Source: Candidatus Pacebacteria bacterium CG_4_9_14_0_2_um_filter_40_15 (GTDB taxonomy: Bacteria > Patescibacteriota > Microgenomatia > UBA1400 > PJMF01). Taken from it: a stretch of DNA of 64,000 nucleotides. The stretch lies in assembly GCA_002788675.1 (NCBI GenBank), contig PFRS01000001.1:170308-234307 (forward strand). Direction: 5' to 3'. How positions within the stretch are numbered: position 1 is the first letter of the stretch; each line of letters begins with the position of its first letter. The notes below the pieces were generated by a model that did no database searches, was not told the DNA's origin, and saw only the letters and a program-made list of their open reading frames with translations. The position numbers and the translations under genes were made by a program. Below are positions 9,573 to 19,655 of the stretch, in pieces.

Positions 9573-10922
9573 ATGACTTCTATTTTCAATAGAAAAACTA
9601 TTTATACTTTTGTCTCTGCAGCTTTCATTATTGTTGGTACTGCTGTGGCTATCCAGTACGCCAAGGGAAACCTGCGCGTTACCGAGCAAGGATTTGTGCA
9701 AGGTACTGGTCTTCTGGCAGCTAACTCTTTTCCTACTGGGGCAGAAGTACACATTGACGACAAACTTGTAACTGCTACTGATGATACCATCTATCTTGAA
9801 CCTGGTCTCTACAATGTGGCCATCATTAAAGAAGGATACACTCCTTGGAACAAACAAGTTCGTATCGCAAAAGAACTCGTTACTCAAACAAATGCACAAC
9901 TCTTCCCGATTGCACCAAGTCTCTCAACACTCACCTTTACTGGCGTAACAAACCTGCAGCCTTCCCCAGATGGCGAAAAAGTCATTTACTACTCTGCTTC
10001 TGCCAGTGCTGAAAAGAAAAATGGTCTCTACATCTTGGGACTTACTCCAAACAACAACCTCACCCTCAGCAAAGGACCTAAGCAAATCGCTGAAGATTCT
10101 CGTAATTTCGACTTAACTACCGCACGCTATATCTGGTCACCTGATTCAACTGAAGTTATGGTTTTTAATGAAAACCGTACGGTTTTACTCGACGCAAGTA
10201 AATTAAATGATCTCGATTTACTGCCAGACATCGGCTACAAACAAAAACAGGTACTCAGCGAGTGGGAGCAAGAAATGTATCTTCGAGAAAGACAATTCTT
10301 AGCAGACTTTCCAGAAGAAATCATTCAGATTGCAACCATGAGTGCTGAAAATATTTACATTTCTCCAGACAAAAAACGTCTTATCTATACCGCGACTGAA
10401 ACCATCGCACTACCAGAAAACATGGTGCCTGATTCATTACCCTCAACCAATTCAATTGAAGAAGTTCGCGCACTAGAGCCTAACACCATCTATATCTATG
10501 ACCGCGAAGAAGACCGCAACTACCGCATAGCCGAGATTGCATCTGATTCTGCTAGAGCTACCAAAAAACTACTTGCATTTGATGCGTTTGATCCAAACTC
10601 TGCGCTTATCACAGCATCTCCAAGTTCCTTCACTAGTCTGCAAGCAACTGAATCTGCTCAAACGGCAAACAACTTTAACAGTTATCACAGTCCTGTGTAT
10701 GCAAATACTTTCCAATGGTATCCAGATTCAAAGCACTTACTTTACGTTGAAAATAATCAGATCAAAATCATGGAATTTGATGGCGGGAACCAAGTTACCC
10801 TCTACTCAGGACCATTTGCTGATCACTTTGTCTACCCTTCTCCAAACGGAGAGCGACTGATTATCATCACAAGCTTTAGCCCAGATTCTCCAATGAATCT
10901 CTACGCTGTTGAACTCAAGTAA
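9573..10922 (+). CDS. Membrane-anchored PEGA-domain / TolB-like beta-propeller protein
   Basis: N-terminal TM helix, GLL.ANSFPTGAEVHID..LEPG.Y.V.I.KEGY.PW (PEGA), repeated SPDG/WSPD blades. Confidence 0.85.
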   Translation: MTSIFNRKTIYTFVSAAFIIVGTAVAIQYAKGNLRVTEQGFVQGTGLLAANSFPTGAEVHIDDKLVTATDDTIYLEPGLYNVAIIKEGYTPWNKQVRIAKELVTQTNAQLFPIAPSLSTLTFTGVTNLQPSPDGEKVIYYSASASAEKKNGLYILGLTPNNNLTLSKGPKQIAEDSRNFDLTTARYIWSPDSTEVMVFNENRTVLLDASKLNDLDLLPDIGYKQKQVLSEWEQEMYLRERQFLADFPEEIIQIATMSAENIYISPDKKRLIYTATETIALPENMVPDSLPSTNSIEEVRALEPNTIYIYDREEDRNYRIAEIASDSARATKKLLAFDAFDPNSALITASPSSFTSLQATESAQTANNFNSYHSPVYANTFQWYPDSKHLLYVENNQIKIMEFDGGNQVTLYSGPFADHFVYPSPNGERLIIITSFSPDSPMNLYAVELK

Positions 10923-10938
10923 TCATCCTCAAAAAAAT

Positions 10939-12039
10939 TTATCTGTGCAGCTTAAAAACAGTCATACTGCCACTGCCGACTTTGAGTCGAGTGTCATTAT
11001 CTGTGAGAATCACTTTAAAGGTATGCACATAGGGAAACAGTAAGAAAAGCGAGCGCGCAGCTAACTTCATCCGATCACAGTACATTTTGTTAAACAATTC
11101 TGAAAAAGATTCTCGATACATTGTGCCATCACTAATAAACATCTTTTGAAAAAGTGACGGCATCCATAACCTCGAATTCCCCTTAGTAAAAGACTTAAAT
11201 TTCTTTTCGAGCTGATCCACACTGAAATCTAAATTCCAGACGAACTCCCCCACTCCCAAATGCCAGGAAGAACGTACGATTAAGGCGTTTAACAACGTAT
11301 GAATGTCGCTAAAGGCATCTTTTTTTACACCATTTTCAAATGAACGGCCGCCAATACGATCACGACCAACATGCATTTTGTCGGCAGCAACTAACGCCCA
11401 TTGCAACGGCGTTCCATCTGCTAAATCCAATTTATTTTGAATTAACACGGGTTCTTCATGAAATAGAATTGCGTAGAGCGCTTGCCTAAACTCGTATGCA
11501 TTTTTTGAACTACGCTCGAACAACTTGGTAAGTAACCATGCACTGTAAGTGCTGTGCTCTTTACGTGTTTGTAAATTTCCGAGGTCGTGTGTCATACCCA
11601 CTAAAGTCATAAGGACTTCAGTCCTTTCATCGAATATACCACTACCATCAAAGGACGTTCCAGCTCGCTGCAATAGTTCTAAACCTGTCTGACTTACCCA
11701 AAGAGTATGGCGATCGGTATGATCATTAAAACCATTCTTAAGTTCTTGATCTAACACTGGACCCACATAGTTTAATGCTCTCCCTAAGCCGCTATACAGG
11801 TACGAAAGCGCCTCGCCACGAGACTTGATGCTCATGTAATGGTCGAAGTTAAAAACAGGTTTAATTCGAGGGCTGGCGTAGTTGGTTAAAAAAGGGAAAT
11901 CCTTCTTTTGATACGGAATAGAAAGCTCATCGAGGAATTGCCAAAACGGCACATTGTCTGGTCGCAAAAACTGATTGCTGGTGAGGGGGCTAACTAACGG
12001 GGTAGATCGATCTGATTGAGTGTGTTTCTGATTTGCCAT
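10939..12039 (-). CDS. HD-domain phosphohydrolase-like protein
   Basis: H...H (NDHTDRH), HDLGN, FHEE and ADK motifs. Confidence 0.75.
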   Translation of the reverse strand: MANQKHTQSDRSTPLVSPLTSNQFLRPDNVPFWQFLDELSIPYQKKDFPFLTNYASPRIKPVFNFDHYMSIKSRGEALSYLYSGLGRALNYVGPVLDQELKNGFNDHTDRHTLWVSQTGLELLQRAGTSFDGSGIFDERTEVLMTLVGMTHDLGNLQTRKEHSTYSAWLLTKLFERSSKNAYEFRQALYAILFHEEPVLIQNKLDLADGTPLQWALVAADKMHVGRDRIGGRSFENGVKKDAFSDIHTLLNALIVRSSWHLGVGEFVWNLDFSVDQLEKKFKSFTKGNSRLWMPSLFQKMFISDGTMYRESFSELFNKMYCDRMKLAARSLFLLFPYVHTFKVILTDNDTRLKVGSGSMTVFKLHR

Positions 12040-12177
12040 GATGCCTAGAAATGTCGGTTAGAACACTCTCTTAAGGACGATCGTACTATACCACACTTGA
12101 CTAAAACCAGCGATGAGTAGTTGATGTGCAGAACTACTCACTCCTCAGCGGATGGTATAATTACCCTGAGTGAACAT

Positions 12178-12249
12178 GTCCTCATAGTTCAACGGATAAA
12201 ACAGTTGCCTCCTAAGCGACAGCTCCAGGTTCGATTCCTGGTGGGGACA
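12178..12249 (+). tRNA. tRNA-Arg (anticodon CCT)
   Basis: Acceptor GTCCTCA/TGGGGAC, anticodon arm GTTGC-CTCCTAA-GCGAC, T arm CCAGGTTCGATTCCTGG; CCA not encoded; extended -10 TGGTATAAT upstream. Confidence 0.95.
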
Positions 12250-12288
12250 CATACGAAAAAAGATCCCAAGTGGATCTTTTTTTGTATG
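12250..12288 (+). terminator. Terminator hairpin after tRNA
   Basis: AAAAAAGATCC-CAAGT-GGATCTTTTTTT. Confidence 0.75.
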
Positions 12289-12404
12289 TATTCCTAGCAA
12301 AGGCATTGATCCCACGAACAAAGTGAGTTAGTTCTGCCGCCAAGTGACCTTGGAATTTTCTCTTTCTAGAATACACAAATCACGTGGCTAATACCCGGAG
12401 GGTA

Positions 12405-12423
12405 GATTCCTGGTGGGGACACA
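12405..12423 (+). repeat. 19-bp direct duplication of the tRNA-Arg 3' end (att-like)
   Basis: GATTCCTGGTGGGGACACA at both 12233-12251 and 12405-12423. Confidence 0.9.
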
Positions 12424-12429
12424 AATAAA

Positions 12430-12456
12430 AAGTGCCAGGCGAAACGCCTGGCACTT
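12430..12456. terminator. Terminator hairpin downstream of ndk
   Basis: AAGTGCCAGGCG-AAA-CGCCTGGCACTT with flanking A tract (U tract on the minus strand). Confidence 0.8.
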
Positions 12457-12476
12457 CACAATACATTCTTCTCAAG

Positions 12477-12959
12477 TTACTTTAGCGCATCCATTTCATA
12501 ATCTGCATAGATCACGGCTTCGCGGACACCTGCGTAGTGGAAAAGTTCTTCATCACTAAACACGATAGAAATTTCTCGTTTTGCATCACTGCCACTTGAA
12601 GAAGCGTGGATGAGGTTAAACTGTTGACTCATTCCGAAGTCTCCTCGGATAGAACCTGCTTCAGCCTCGCGGCCAAGAGTTGTTCCGACGAGTTTGCGAA
12701 CGACTGGAACGGCATCAATGCCCTCCCAAACCATACACACAATTGGCATAGAGCCCATGAATGACTTGAGGTCACCAAAGAAGCTTTTGTCTTTGTGCTC
12801 GACGTACCACTCACTGAGTTGCTTGTCATTTAAGTTAACCATCTTTAACCCGATGAGTTTAAGACCTTTGCGCTCGAAGCGACTAATAATTTCACCAATA
12901 AGTCCTCGTTGAAGACCATCTGGCTTGACTAGAACTGCTGTTCTTGTTGTATCAGACAT
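12477..12959 (-). CDS. ndk: Nucleoside diphosphate kinase
   Basis: VKPDGLQRGLIGEIISRFE, GSIRGDFG, NLIHAS. Confidence 0.97.
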   Translation of the reverse strand: MSDTTRTAVLVKPDGLQRGLIGEIISRFERKGLKLIGLKMVNLNDKQLSEWYVEHKDKSFFGDLKSFMGSMPIVCMVWEGIDAVPVVRKLVGTTLGREAEAGSIRGDFGMSQQFNLIHASSSGSDAKREISIVFSDEELFHYAGVREAVIYADYEMDALK

Positions 12960-13036
12960 AATGTCCTTTCTGTTGTACTGTTCACTAACAAACGTACGTA
13001 CTATTTACTTTTTTTTACTTATTACAAACCGTTATT

Positions 13037-14338
13037 TTACGCTAAAAACTTCTTAAATTGAGCATCAGATTTGTATGGACCAACAACTGCAAGGCGTAGT
13101 GCTCCAGGTTGAATGATCTCTTTCATGAGCGCATGTACTTCTTCTAAAGTGATTTTTCGAAGTTTAGCAATTACCTCATCTGGATCTTCCGCTTTATTAT
13201 TCAAGAGCTGTCGCAAACCATAGTACTGTGCCACTGACTCACTATCCTCGAAAGAAAGAGTCATCGAACCAATAATGTACTCCTTTGCTGAATCAAGCTC
13301 ATCTTGAGTAAATAAACGCTTTCCGCTGGCGACATCGGTGAACTCTGCTTTGATAACTTCAATTGCTTCAAAAATTCTCTTCGGAGTAACTCCTGCGGAA
13401 GCCCCAAACACACCTGTATCATGGAAGTAGTCAGCTGATGAACGAACATAGTAACATAAGCCTCGCTTCTCTCTCACCTCAGTAAAGAGACGAGAACTCA
13501 TGTTGCCACCAAGCATTACACTAGCTAGCGAAAGCACATTCTTTTGCTCATCAGATCTAGCTATACTCGGCCAGCCGAGTACTAAATGAGCTTGCTCAGT
13601 TTTTTTGTATGCAACTTTAAGTTTATGAGGAGACCATGGGCCTTTTTTGCTCATTTTAGTAGTCACATCAAACTTGCCAGTAGCTCGTACATCTGTTTCT
13701 TTGCTAAATGCTTCAAGCACAAGCTTCTTTGTATCAGCAGACTCAACAACCGATGGATCTCCAGCAAGAATCAAGACCATATTACCTAAACCATACCATT
13801 GTTTAAGGAAACGTTTAAAGTTCTCTGTTTTAAGTGAAGAAACTGTCTCCTTTGAACCAAGCACGTCATGTCCTAAAGCTGAGCCTTCAAAAGTCATGCG
13901 TTCAAAGATATTCTCCACTTGTCGCATTGGCATGTCTTCATACATATTTATTTCTTCAATAATGACACCTTTTTCTCGATCAATGTCTTCTTGCTTTAAT
14001 AATGGACGAAGCAGCATGTCTGAAACAACATCAATGGCCACGCCTACGTGCTTACTTGAGGATTTTACATAGTATCCCGTGTATTCTTTGCTTGTAAATG
14101 CATTAAAGTCAGCTCCAATCGAGTCGATAGACTTTGCCAATATTTGCGCAGTTGGATAACTCTGAGTACCTTTGAAAACCATATGTTCAAAGAAGTGGGC
14201 AATCCCCTCTTCTCGAGGTTGTTCAAATCGAGAACCAGTATTACACAACGCAAGTACGGTGACTGACTCCACGCCTGCCATTGGGACCACCATCACCGGT
14301 AATCCATTTTTTAGTTTTGAGAGTGAATGTTTCGTCAT
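13037..14338 (-). CDS. M16 family zinc peptidase (pitrilysin-like)
   Basis: HFFEH (HxxEH), NAFTSKEYT.YY, SSRLFTEVREKRGLCY. Confidence 0.95.
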   Translation of the reverse strand: MTKHSLSKLKNGLPVMVVPMAGVESVTVLALCNTGSRFEQPREEGIAHFFEHMVFKGTQSYPTAQILAKSIDSIGADFNAFTSKEYTGYYVKSSSKHVGVAIDVVSDMLLRPLLKQEDIDREKGVIIEEINMYEDMPMRQVENIFERMTFEGSALGHDVLGSKETVSSLKTENFKRFLKQWYGLGNMVLILAGDPSVVESADTKKLVLEAFSKETDVRATGKFDVTTKMSKKGPWSPHKLKVAYKKTEQAHLVLGWPSIARSDEQKNVLSLASVMLGGNMSSRLFTEVREKRGLCYYVRSSADYFHDTGVFGASAGVTPKRIFEAIEVIKAEFTDVASGKRLFTQDELDSAKEYIIGSMTLSFEDSESVAQYYGLRQLLNNKAEDPDEVIAKLRKITLEEVHALMKEIIQPGALRLAVVGPYKSDAQFKKFLA

Positions 14339-14397
14339 CGTACAATTCCTTTTACTTTCGTCTCACCTACTCTTATTAGAGTAAGTGTCTAATTCTT

Positions 14398-16338
14398 TTA
14401 CATTTTTTCTACAGTTTTAATTCCTAATGTGGACAATCCATGCATAAGTACTTTTACCACAGACTGCGTTATTGCCAACCTGAGTTCAGTTACATGGGCA
14501 TCACTTTCATCAATGATTTTAGACTCGCTATAAAACGCATTAAACGACTGTGCCACCACAAAAAGATAGTTTGCGATGTGATGTGGCGCATATTCAGAGG
14601 CAGATTGCGAAAGAGTATCGAAATACATCAAAACATTTAGCAATAGATCTTTTTCATTTTTTTGAAGTGCGACTTTTGATTGTGTCAAACTATTAACTAA
14701 TATATCAATATGTTCAGCACTATATCTATTTTTGACTGTTATGCCTGCTTCTGATGCTTTGGCAAGCACACTCTTGGCTCGAACTAGAGAGTACAAGATG
14801 TAGGGACCTGAATTTCCAGTAAAAGCAAGTGATTCATCGAAATCAAAGGCTATGTCTTTGCCTATAGACTGCTTTAAAAAGGCGAATTTAATGGCACTCA
14901 GCCCCACCACCTCTGAAATTTCAGTTCGTTCTGCTTTGGTAAAGGTTTGGCGAGTGTCTGCAAGCACTTTTTCAATACGTGAATGAGCTTCATCCATCAG
15001 CCATTCTGCTGTAATAATTTTGCCGGTTCTGCTAGACATCTTTCCTTCGGGCAAGCGAACCATACCATGTGACATATGCACAGTCTTTGCGCGAAGGTCT
15101 GGATTGGTAATTTCTAGAGCCTTAAGCAAAACTTTGAAATATTCGTCTATCTCGTTTCCAGTAATGATAAGCGAAGTGTCATATTTAAAACGTCGATATT
15201 TTTCTGGAGCGAGGCCAAGCTCTTTTGCCTCGTAGGTTGGTAAGCCAAGTGAATTAATAAAGACGCGATTGTGTAAGTTGTATTTTTCACCAGGAAAAAT
15301 CACAGCACCTTCACTTTCAACAAAAACCCCTTTTGCTAAAAACTCGCGGACAATTTTAATGCCAAACTCTCCGACGACACTTTCGTAGAAGAAGTCCTCA
15401 AACTTCATGCCAATTCGCTGATACATGCTGTCAAAATAGGCTAAAGACCATGCCCGTCCGCGTGTATACAGTTTTTTAACTTCATCGTAGTTTTGGGCGG
15501 TCTGAGCAACATATTGTTTGTAATCGACCTGTGGCTCCCAACCGGTTTGTTCAACTAAATTTTCTTGTCCCGATAAAAAGGTAAGGTAATTAATATCCTT
15601 CATTTGTTCTGCTGAAGCTGGTTCATCTTTGTATGCTGACGCCCCAGTAGCATATGACTTGCCGAGGAAGTTAACTTTTTCTGAAAGTGTTTTTTCTTCC
15701 ATTTTGTCGACTGCTGCCATAATTGATACTTCTGGAAACTGTTGTTGGAGCAGTTTTTTCATACCCCAAACACTCTTAGCTACATGCATGCCAACATCAC
15801 CTTGGTAACAGACACGATGCACCTGTGCCCCTTGGCTCTCCAGAACCCTCGAAATGGCTTCACCAATAACATTACTGTATAAATGCCCGATATGCAGTTC
15901 TTTAAACGGATTTGGGTCTGTAAATTCGACCAGTATTTCTTTGCCTTGCAGTAATTGCGGACCAGAAATGTGCTCTTCTAACAAAAGTGATGAAAGGTTT
16001 TGTGTAAGAAAAGTATCGGTTAGTGTCATATTTACAAAACCAGGTCCTGCTACTGACACTGATTTGAAAATTTCTTTATTTTCTTCAAGAGTAACTGCAA
16101 TCTTTGCAGCCAATTCCCTTGGGTTTGAAACATGCAGTGTATCTAATACCGATGGATTCTCTTTTTTAAGCTTACCGAAAAGTGACATACTTGCTGGAAA
16201 TGCAAAGTGACCGTGCGATGGATCTGCTGGCCGTTCAATCAAGACTGAACTGTCTATAAGCGTATTTGGAATTCCTAATTGTAAAAGCGTTTCAACTATG
16301 TGAGATGAGAGTGTTTGAGTAAGTGAGTTTGTTGACAT
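14398..16338 (-). CDS. argS: Arginine--tRNA ligase
   Basis: AGPGFVN, EFTDPNPFKELHIGH, KMSSRTG, GNSGPYILY. Start uncertain (16338/16359/16380). Confidence 0.96.
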   Translation of the reverse strand: MSTNSLTQTLSSHIVETLLQLGIPNTLIDSSVLIERPADPSHGHFAFPASMSLFGKLKKENPSVLDTLHVSNPRELAAKIAVTLEENKEIFKSVSVAGPGFVNMTLTDTFLTQNLSSLLLEEHISGPQLLQGKEILVEFTDPNPFKELHIGHLYSNVIGEAISRVLESQGAQVHRVCYQGDVGMHVAKSVWGMKKLLQQQFPEVSIMAAVDKMEEKTLSEKVNFLGKSYATGASAYKDEPASAEQMKDINYLTFLSGQENLVEQTGWEPQVDYKQYVAQTAQNYDEVKKLYTRGRAWSLAYFDSMYQRIGMKFEDFFYESVVGEFGIKIVREFLAKGVFVESEGAVIFPGEKYNLHNRVFINSLGLPTYEAKELGLAPEKYRRFKYDTSLIITGNEIDEYFKVLLKALEITNPDLRAKTVHMSHGMVRLPEGKMSSRTGKIITAEWLMDEAHSRIEKVLADTRQTFTKAERTEISEVVGLSAIKFAFLKQSIGKDIAFDFDESLAFTGNSGPYILYSLVRAKSVLAKASEAGITVKNRYSAEHIDILVNSLTQSKVALQKNEKDLLLNVLMYFDTLSQSASEYAPHHIANYLFVVAQSFNAFYSESKIIDESDAHVTELRLAITQSVVKVLMHGLSTLGIKTVEKM

Positions 16339-16412
16339 ACTGGTTCGCAATGACTGCATACTTGATACATGATACACCACTCGGTGTTATGTTCTAAGAA
16401 CATACTTATCAA

Positions 16413-16615
16413 AGAGACCAATCACTTGGTGGTACCACTCTCCATTTTTGTACTATCGCTACTACAAACTCAGCAACTTGCATTTCACAAGTGTGTGCGT
16501 ATCGTGCATCTACGGATCATATTTTGATGATCGTTCGTTAGATTTTTACCTCGCAACTATTAAGATGCGGAGTAAAAGTCTCATGAGGGCTCGCGACTTC
16601 CCCTGGTGACGAAGC
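16413..16615 (-). promoter_or_regulatory. Putative T-box riboswitch leader of argS
   Basis: Minus strand AGAG-TGGTACC-ACC-AAGTGATT-GGT-CTCT (16441-16413) has antiterminator geometry with the 7-nt UGGNACC bulge; upstream hairpin loop contains Arg codon CGC; extended -10 TGATATACT at 16633-16625. Confidence 0.65.
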
Positions 16616-17308
16616 TACAAGGATAGTATATCAAATAAAACGAGTACGGTCTAACACACAAACTTGACCCGAATGGTATTGAGTACATTTTGTTGTTTTG
16701 ACCCTTTGTAAATTATTGTCAATAGTCCATGATTCCAGACTATTATTTTGTACTCTATATGCACATATTTGGAGAGGTGCACTTCAAAAAGCAAGTATCT
16801 TCTCACTTTCGGGTATTATTCGCTTTCACCGCTATATACATTTTTTCTTGCAAAAAAAATGAAAATGAAAAGACTCCTTGCAACTGTAAAAAAGAAATGA
16901 AGACCACTTCAAAGTACTCATTTCCCAAATATACACAAGAGTGTGAAATAAAATAAACCACAGAACATGTTTAAGAGCCTGATCATGAAAAGTTGTGACC
17001 AAGGCCCAACTACTCGGACGCTGTATAACACAAATGAATCTACCAGATAAGACCAGGCATAGCTATTGGGCATAAAAAAAACCACTTATTGAGAACATGA
17101 AACATAGGTTATGCAAAAATATGCCTATTTTTGGCATTTCACAGCCCTGTTTTTGTACTGAGCAGTTTTCTAGATCTGGTTTCGGGATGCGTTCGGTTTT
17201 ATACATTTTTACTACTTGCATGCAATGCCCAAACATGAAAGATTTAGTACTTATACATGCAAATTAACATAGTTTTGAGCTAAAATTGCTATCACTGCCA
17301 ATTTCTTG

Positions 17309-18232
17309 CTATTTTCCGCTCAAAATTGCGCCCTCTTTAAGGATAAATTCGACGGTACCTTCAGTATCAGTACGAAATAATCGACTACCAATATCCTCTA
17401 TTTGACGTAGTACTTGAGGTGAGGGATGCCCATATGTGTTATTTTTGCCAACTGAGACTACTGAAATTTCGGGTGATATTTCCCCGAGAAACTCCTTTGC
17501 CGTGCTTGTTTTAGCCCCGTGGTGCCCTATTTTTAGCACATTCACGGACTGTAGCGTTTGACTATCTAGCAATGCCAACTCGGCTTCTTTCTCGAGGTCA
17601 CCAGACAAGAATACACCCACCCCATCAATATCCATAATTATGCCTATAGATAGGTTGTTTTTTGTAGTTTTTGCAATTACATTTCCATCTAACCAACAGC
17701 TATTTTTATCCCATAACTGTGTTTCGGCTATGCTCTCAAAACAGTCACTTTCCAGGCGTGAGGCAAAAAAGGGATTGATCACCTTTCCAGTAATTTTTGT
17801 ATCTAAATGAATAATTTCACCATTAAACGGAAGTACTACTTCTCCTCCAGTGGCATGTATCTGGCTTATTTCCTCGAGTACTGTGCTTGAAATGAGTGTG
17901 TCTGGCTCTAGCGGTAAGTACATAATTGCTGAAACAACATACGATTCAAAGACAAATGGAAAGCCCCCAATGTGATCTGCATCTGGATGAGTTAACACTA
18001 CTAACTCAATTTTTTTATCCCAAAATGGCATCTTTTCTTCAAGACATTCTAAAACAGATGCATTTCTGCCTGTATCTACAAGCATTTGAGTTCCCCCATG
18101 GGTTATAAGGATAGCATCTCCTTGACCAACATCGCAAAAGATTACTCGCGACTGAGTCGTTGTTTCCTCAATAAAAAGGCCTCCAGCAACAAGAAAGCTT
18201 ATCAAGATGAGATTATAAAAAAGGCGTAGCAC
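17309..18232 (-). CDS. comEC: ComEC/Rec2 metallo-beta-lactamase-fold domain protein (split comEC, C-terminal part)
   Basis: DVGQGDA, LVDTG, THPDADHIGG, SGDLE, LKIGHHGAKTS, SVGKNNTYGHP, RTD..G. Confidence 0.9.
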   Translation of the reverse strand: MLRLFYNLILISFLVAGGLFIEETTTQSRVIFCDVGQGDAILITHGGTQMLVDTGRNASVLECLEEKMPFWDKKIELVVLTHPDADHIGGFPFVFESYVVSAIMYLPLEPDTLISSTVLEEISQIHATGGEVVLPFNGEIIHLDTKITGKVINPFFASRLESDCFESIAETQLWDKNSCWLDGNVIAKTTKNNLSIGIIMDIDGVGVFLSGDLEKEAELALLDSQTLQSVNVLKIGHHGAKTSTAKEFLGEISPEISVVSVGKNNTYGHPSPQVLRQIEDIGSRLFRTDTEGTVEFILKEGAILSGK

Positions 18233-19202
18233 GATACTGAAAATACCTTCTTCTTGAGAAGAATACTAATAAGAGCGCCAGATAATACAGAAGAACTGTA
18301 GTAAAGGTTACTTTATACGAAATATTGGTTGGAAAATATGCCCCTACCTCAAGGAGTAATGAAAATGCACGAACAAGCACTGTAAATGCACTCACCAATG
18401 GCAGGCTCGGCATGTTTGCGGACGAAAACACTAGCATAGACGCTGTCTGCCAGGCTAAAAGAACGAATCCAAAGAAGAGTAAAAGAGCTACTACGGGAGA
18501 AAACACTACAGAAAAGAAAATACTTAGTGGATTCCAAGCCCCAAAGTAAAACAACAACAGCGGAGCTATGCACATATTCACGTACACTGACGTTTTTAAT
18601 TGTGAAACAACATACTCTCCAATATTGGCGATTCTATAGCGCGGAACAAGAAAGTACAGTGAAAACACTGCCCCATACGAGAGTAAGAATGATGCAGAAA
18701 CTACGGTCAGATCCGACGTGGGCAACACAGTACAGATGGTATAGAACCCAACTAGAAGTAGATACACATACTTCCTAGAGCTCAACCGTTTTAGGATAGT
18801 ACCTCCAAATACATACCACTGCATAACCAGAACCCTAATAATTGGAGTTGAAAATCCGATCATAGCGCCAAAGACAGTTAAGAATAGTAACGACACCCAG
18901 AGCTTAACTACCCATGGTATTGGCAACCACCTTACTGATTTTAAAATGTATCCTCGCAGCAAACTAACATGCATACCTGAAATGACAAAAAAATACAACG
19001 TCCCTGTAGTTTTTATTTGTAACATGGTTGAGTTTGACAAATCAGCGCTATTTCCAAGCAACAAACTATTAAAATAACCACTCGGGGTCACCTCGAGTAG
19101 CCTTTTTACGTTCGAAAGTAACAAATCTAGATAATTAGTGAGGTATGTGCTGAACATGCGCTGCCGAACTTTAAGCCCTTCTCTTTTTGCAATACTTTGC
19201 AA
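18213..19202 (-). CDS. comEC: ComEC competence membrane domain, divergent and N-terminally short
   Basis: SLLLG, TG.L...VISGMHV, P.IR...M and SF.LSY motifs; many TM segments. Start uncertain. Confidence 0.75.
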   Translation of the reverse strand: MQSIAKREGLKVRQRMFSTYLTNYLDLLLSNVKRLLEVTPSGYFNSLLLGNSADLSNSTMLQIKTTGTLYFFVISGMHVSLLRGYILKSVRWLPIPWVVKLWVSLLFLTVFGAMIGFSTPIIRVLVMQWYVFGGTILKRLSSRKYVYLLLVGFYTICTVLPTSDLTVVSASFLLSYGAVFSLYFLVPRYRIANIGEYVVSQLKTSVYVNMCIAPLLLFYFGAWNPLSIFFSVVFSPVVALLLFFGFVLLAWQTASMLVFSSANMPSLPLVSAFTVLVRAFSLLLEVGAYFPTNISYKVTFTTVLLYYLALLLVFFSRRRYFQYRATPFL

Positions 19203-19655
19203 GTAGTTCTATTTATCAATCTTTTTTACATAAAAAATATGCTTGTCAGTCAGACTCATCTTCTGCCAATTTGCTACTTTTAGCTCTATTTGAGATCATA
19301 TTTTTTGACTCAATAAGTGTGACCAAACCTGGTGCTAACCCTTTGAATGGGTATCGGTTTCATCGATCGTTAGTAACTCAATGGACACATAACACTCTTA
19401 GACACAGCCACTTTAACAGGCAAACAAATACCAAATCAATAATTACTGCATTTTGTATTCTCTCTATTACTATTCATAAATATATCAAACATGGGTAAAA
19501 ATGATCGTCATTTTTATTATTAATACATCTTATTTATGATACTTTTTGGATGCATAAAATGTATGAAGCACCTTTGAGTACGAATCATTTGCGAAACTAG
19601 GTTTACTATATCGTGAAGAAGAATGCATAACAACCCATAGCATCGTCCGATATAA

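Noticed and set aside
16729-16956. 75-aa ORF between argS and comEC
   Set aside because: Low-complexity AT-rich sequence with no motif or clear RBS; not supportable as a gene.
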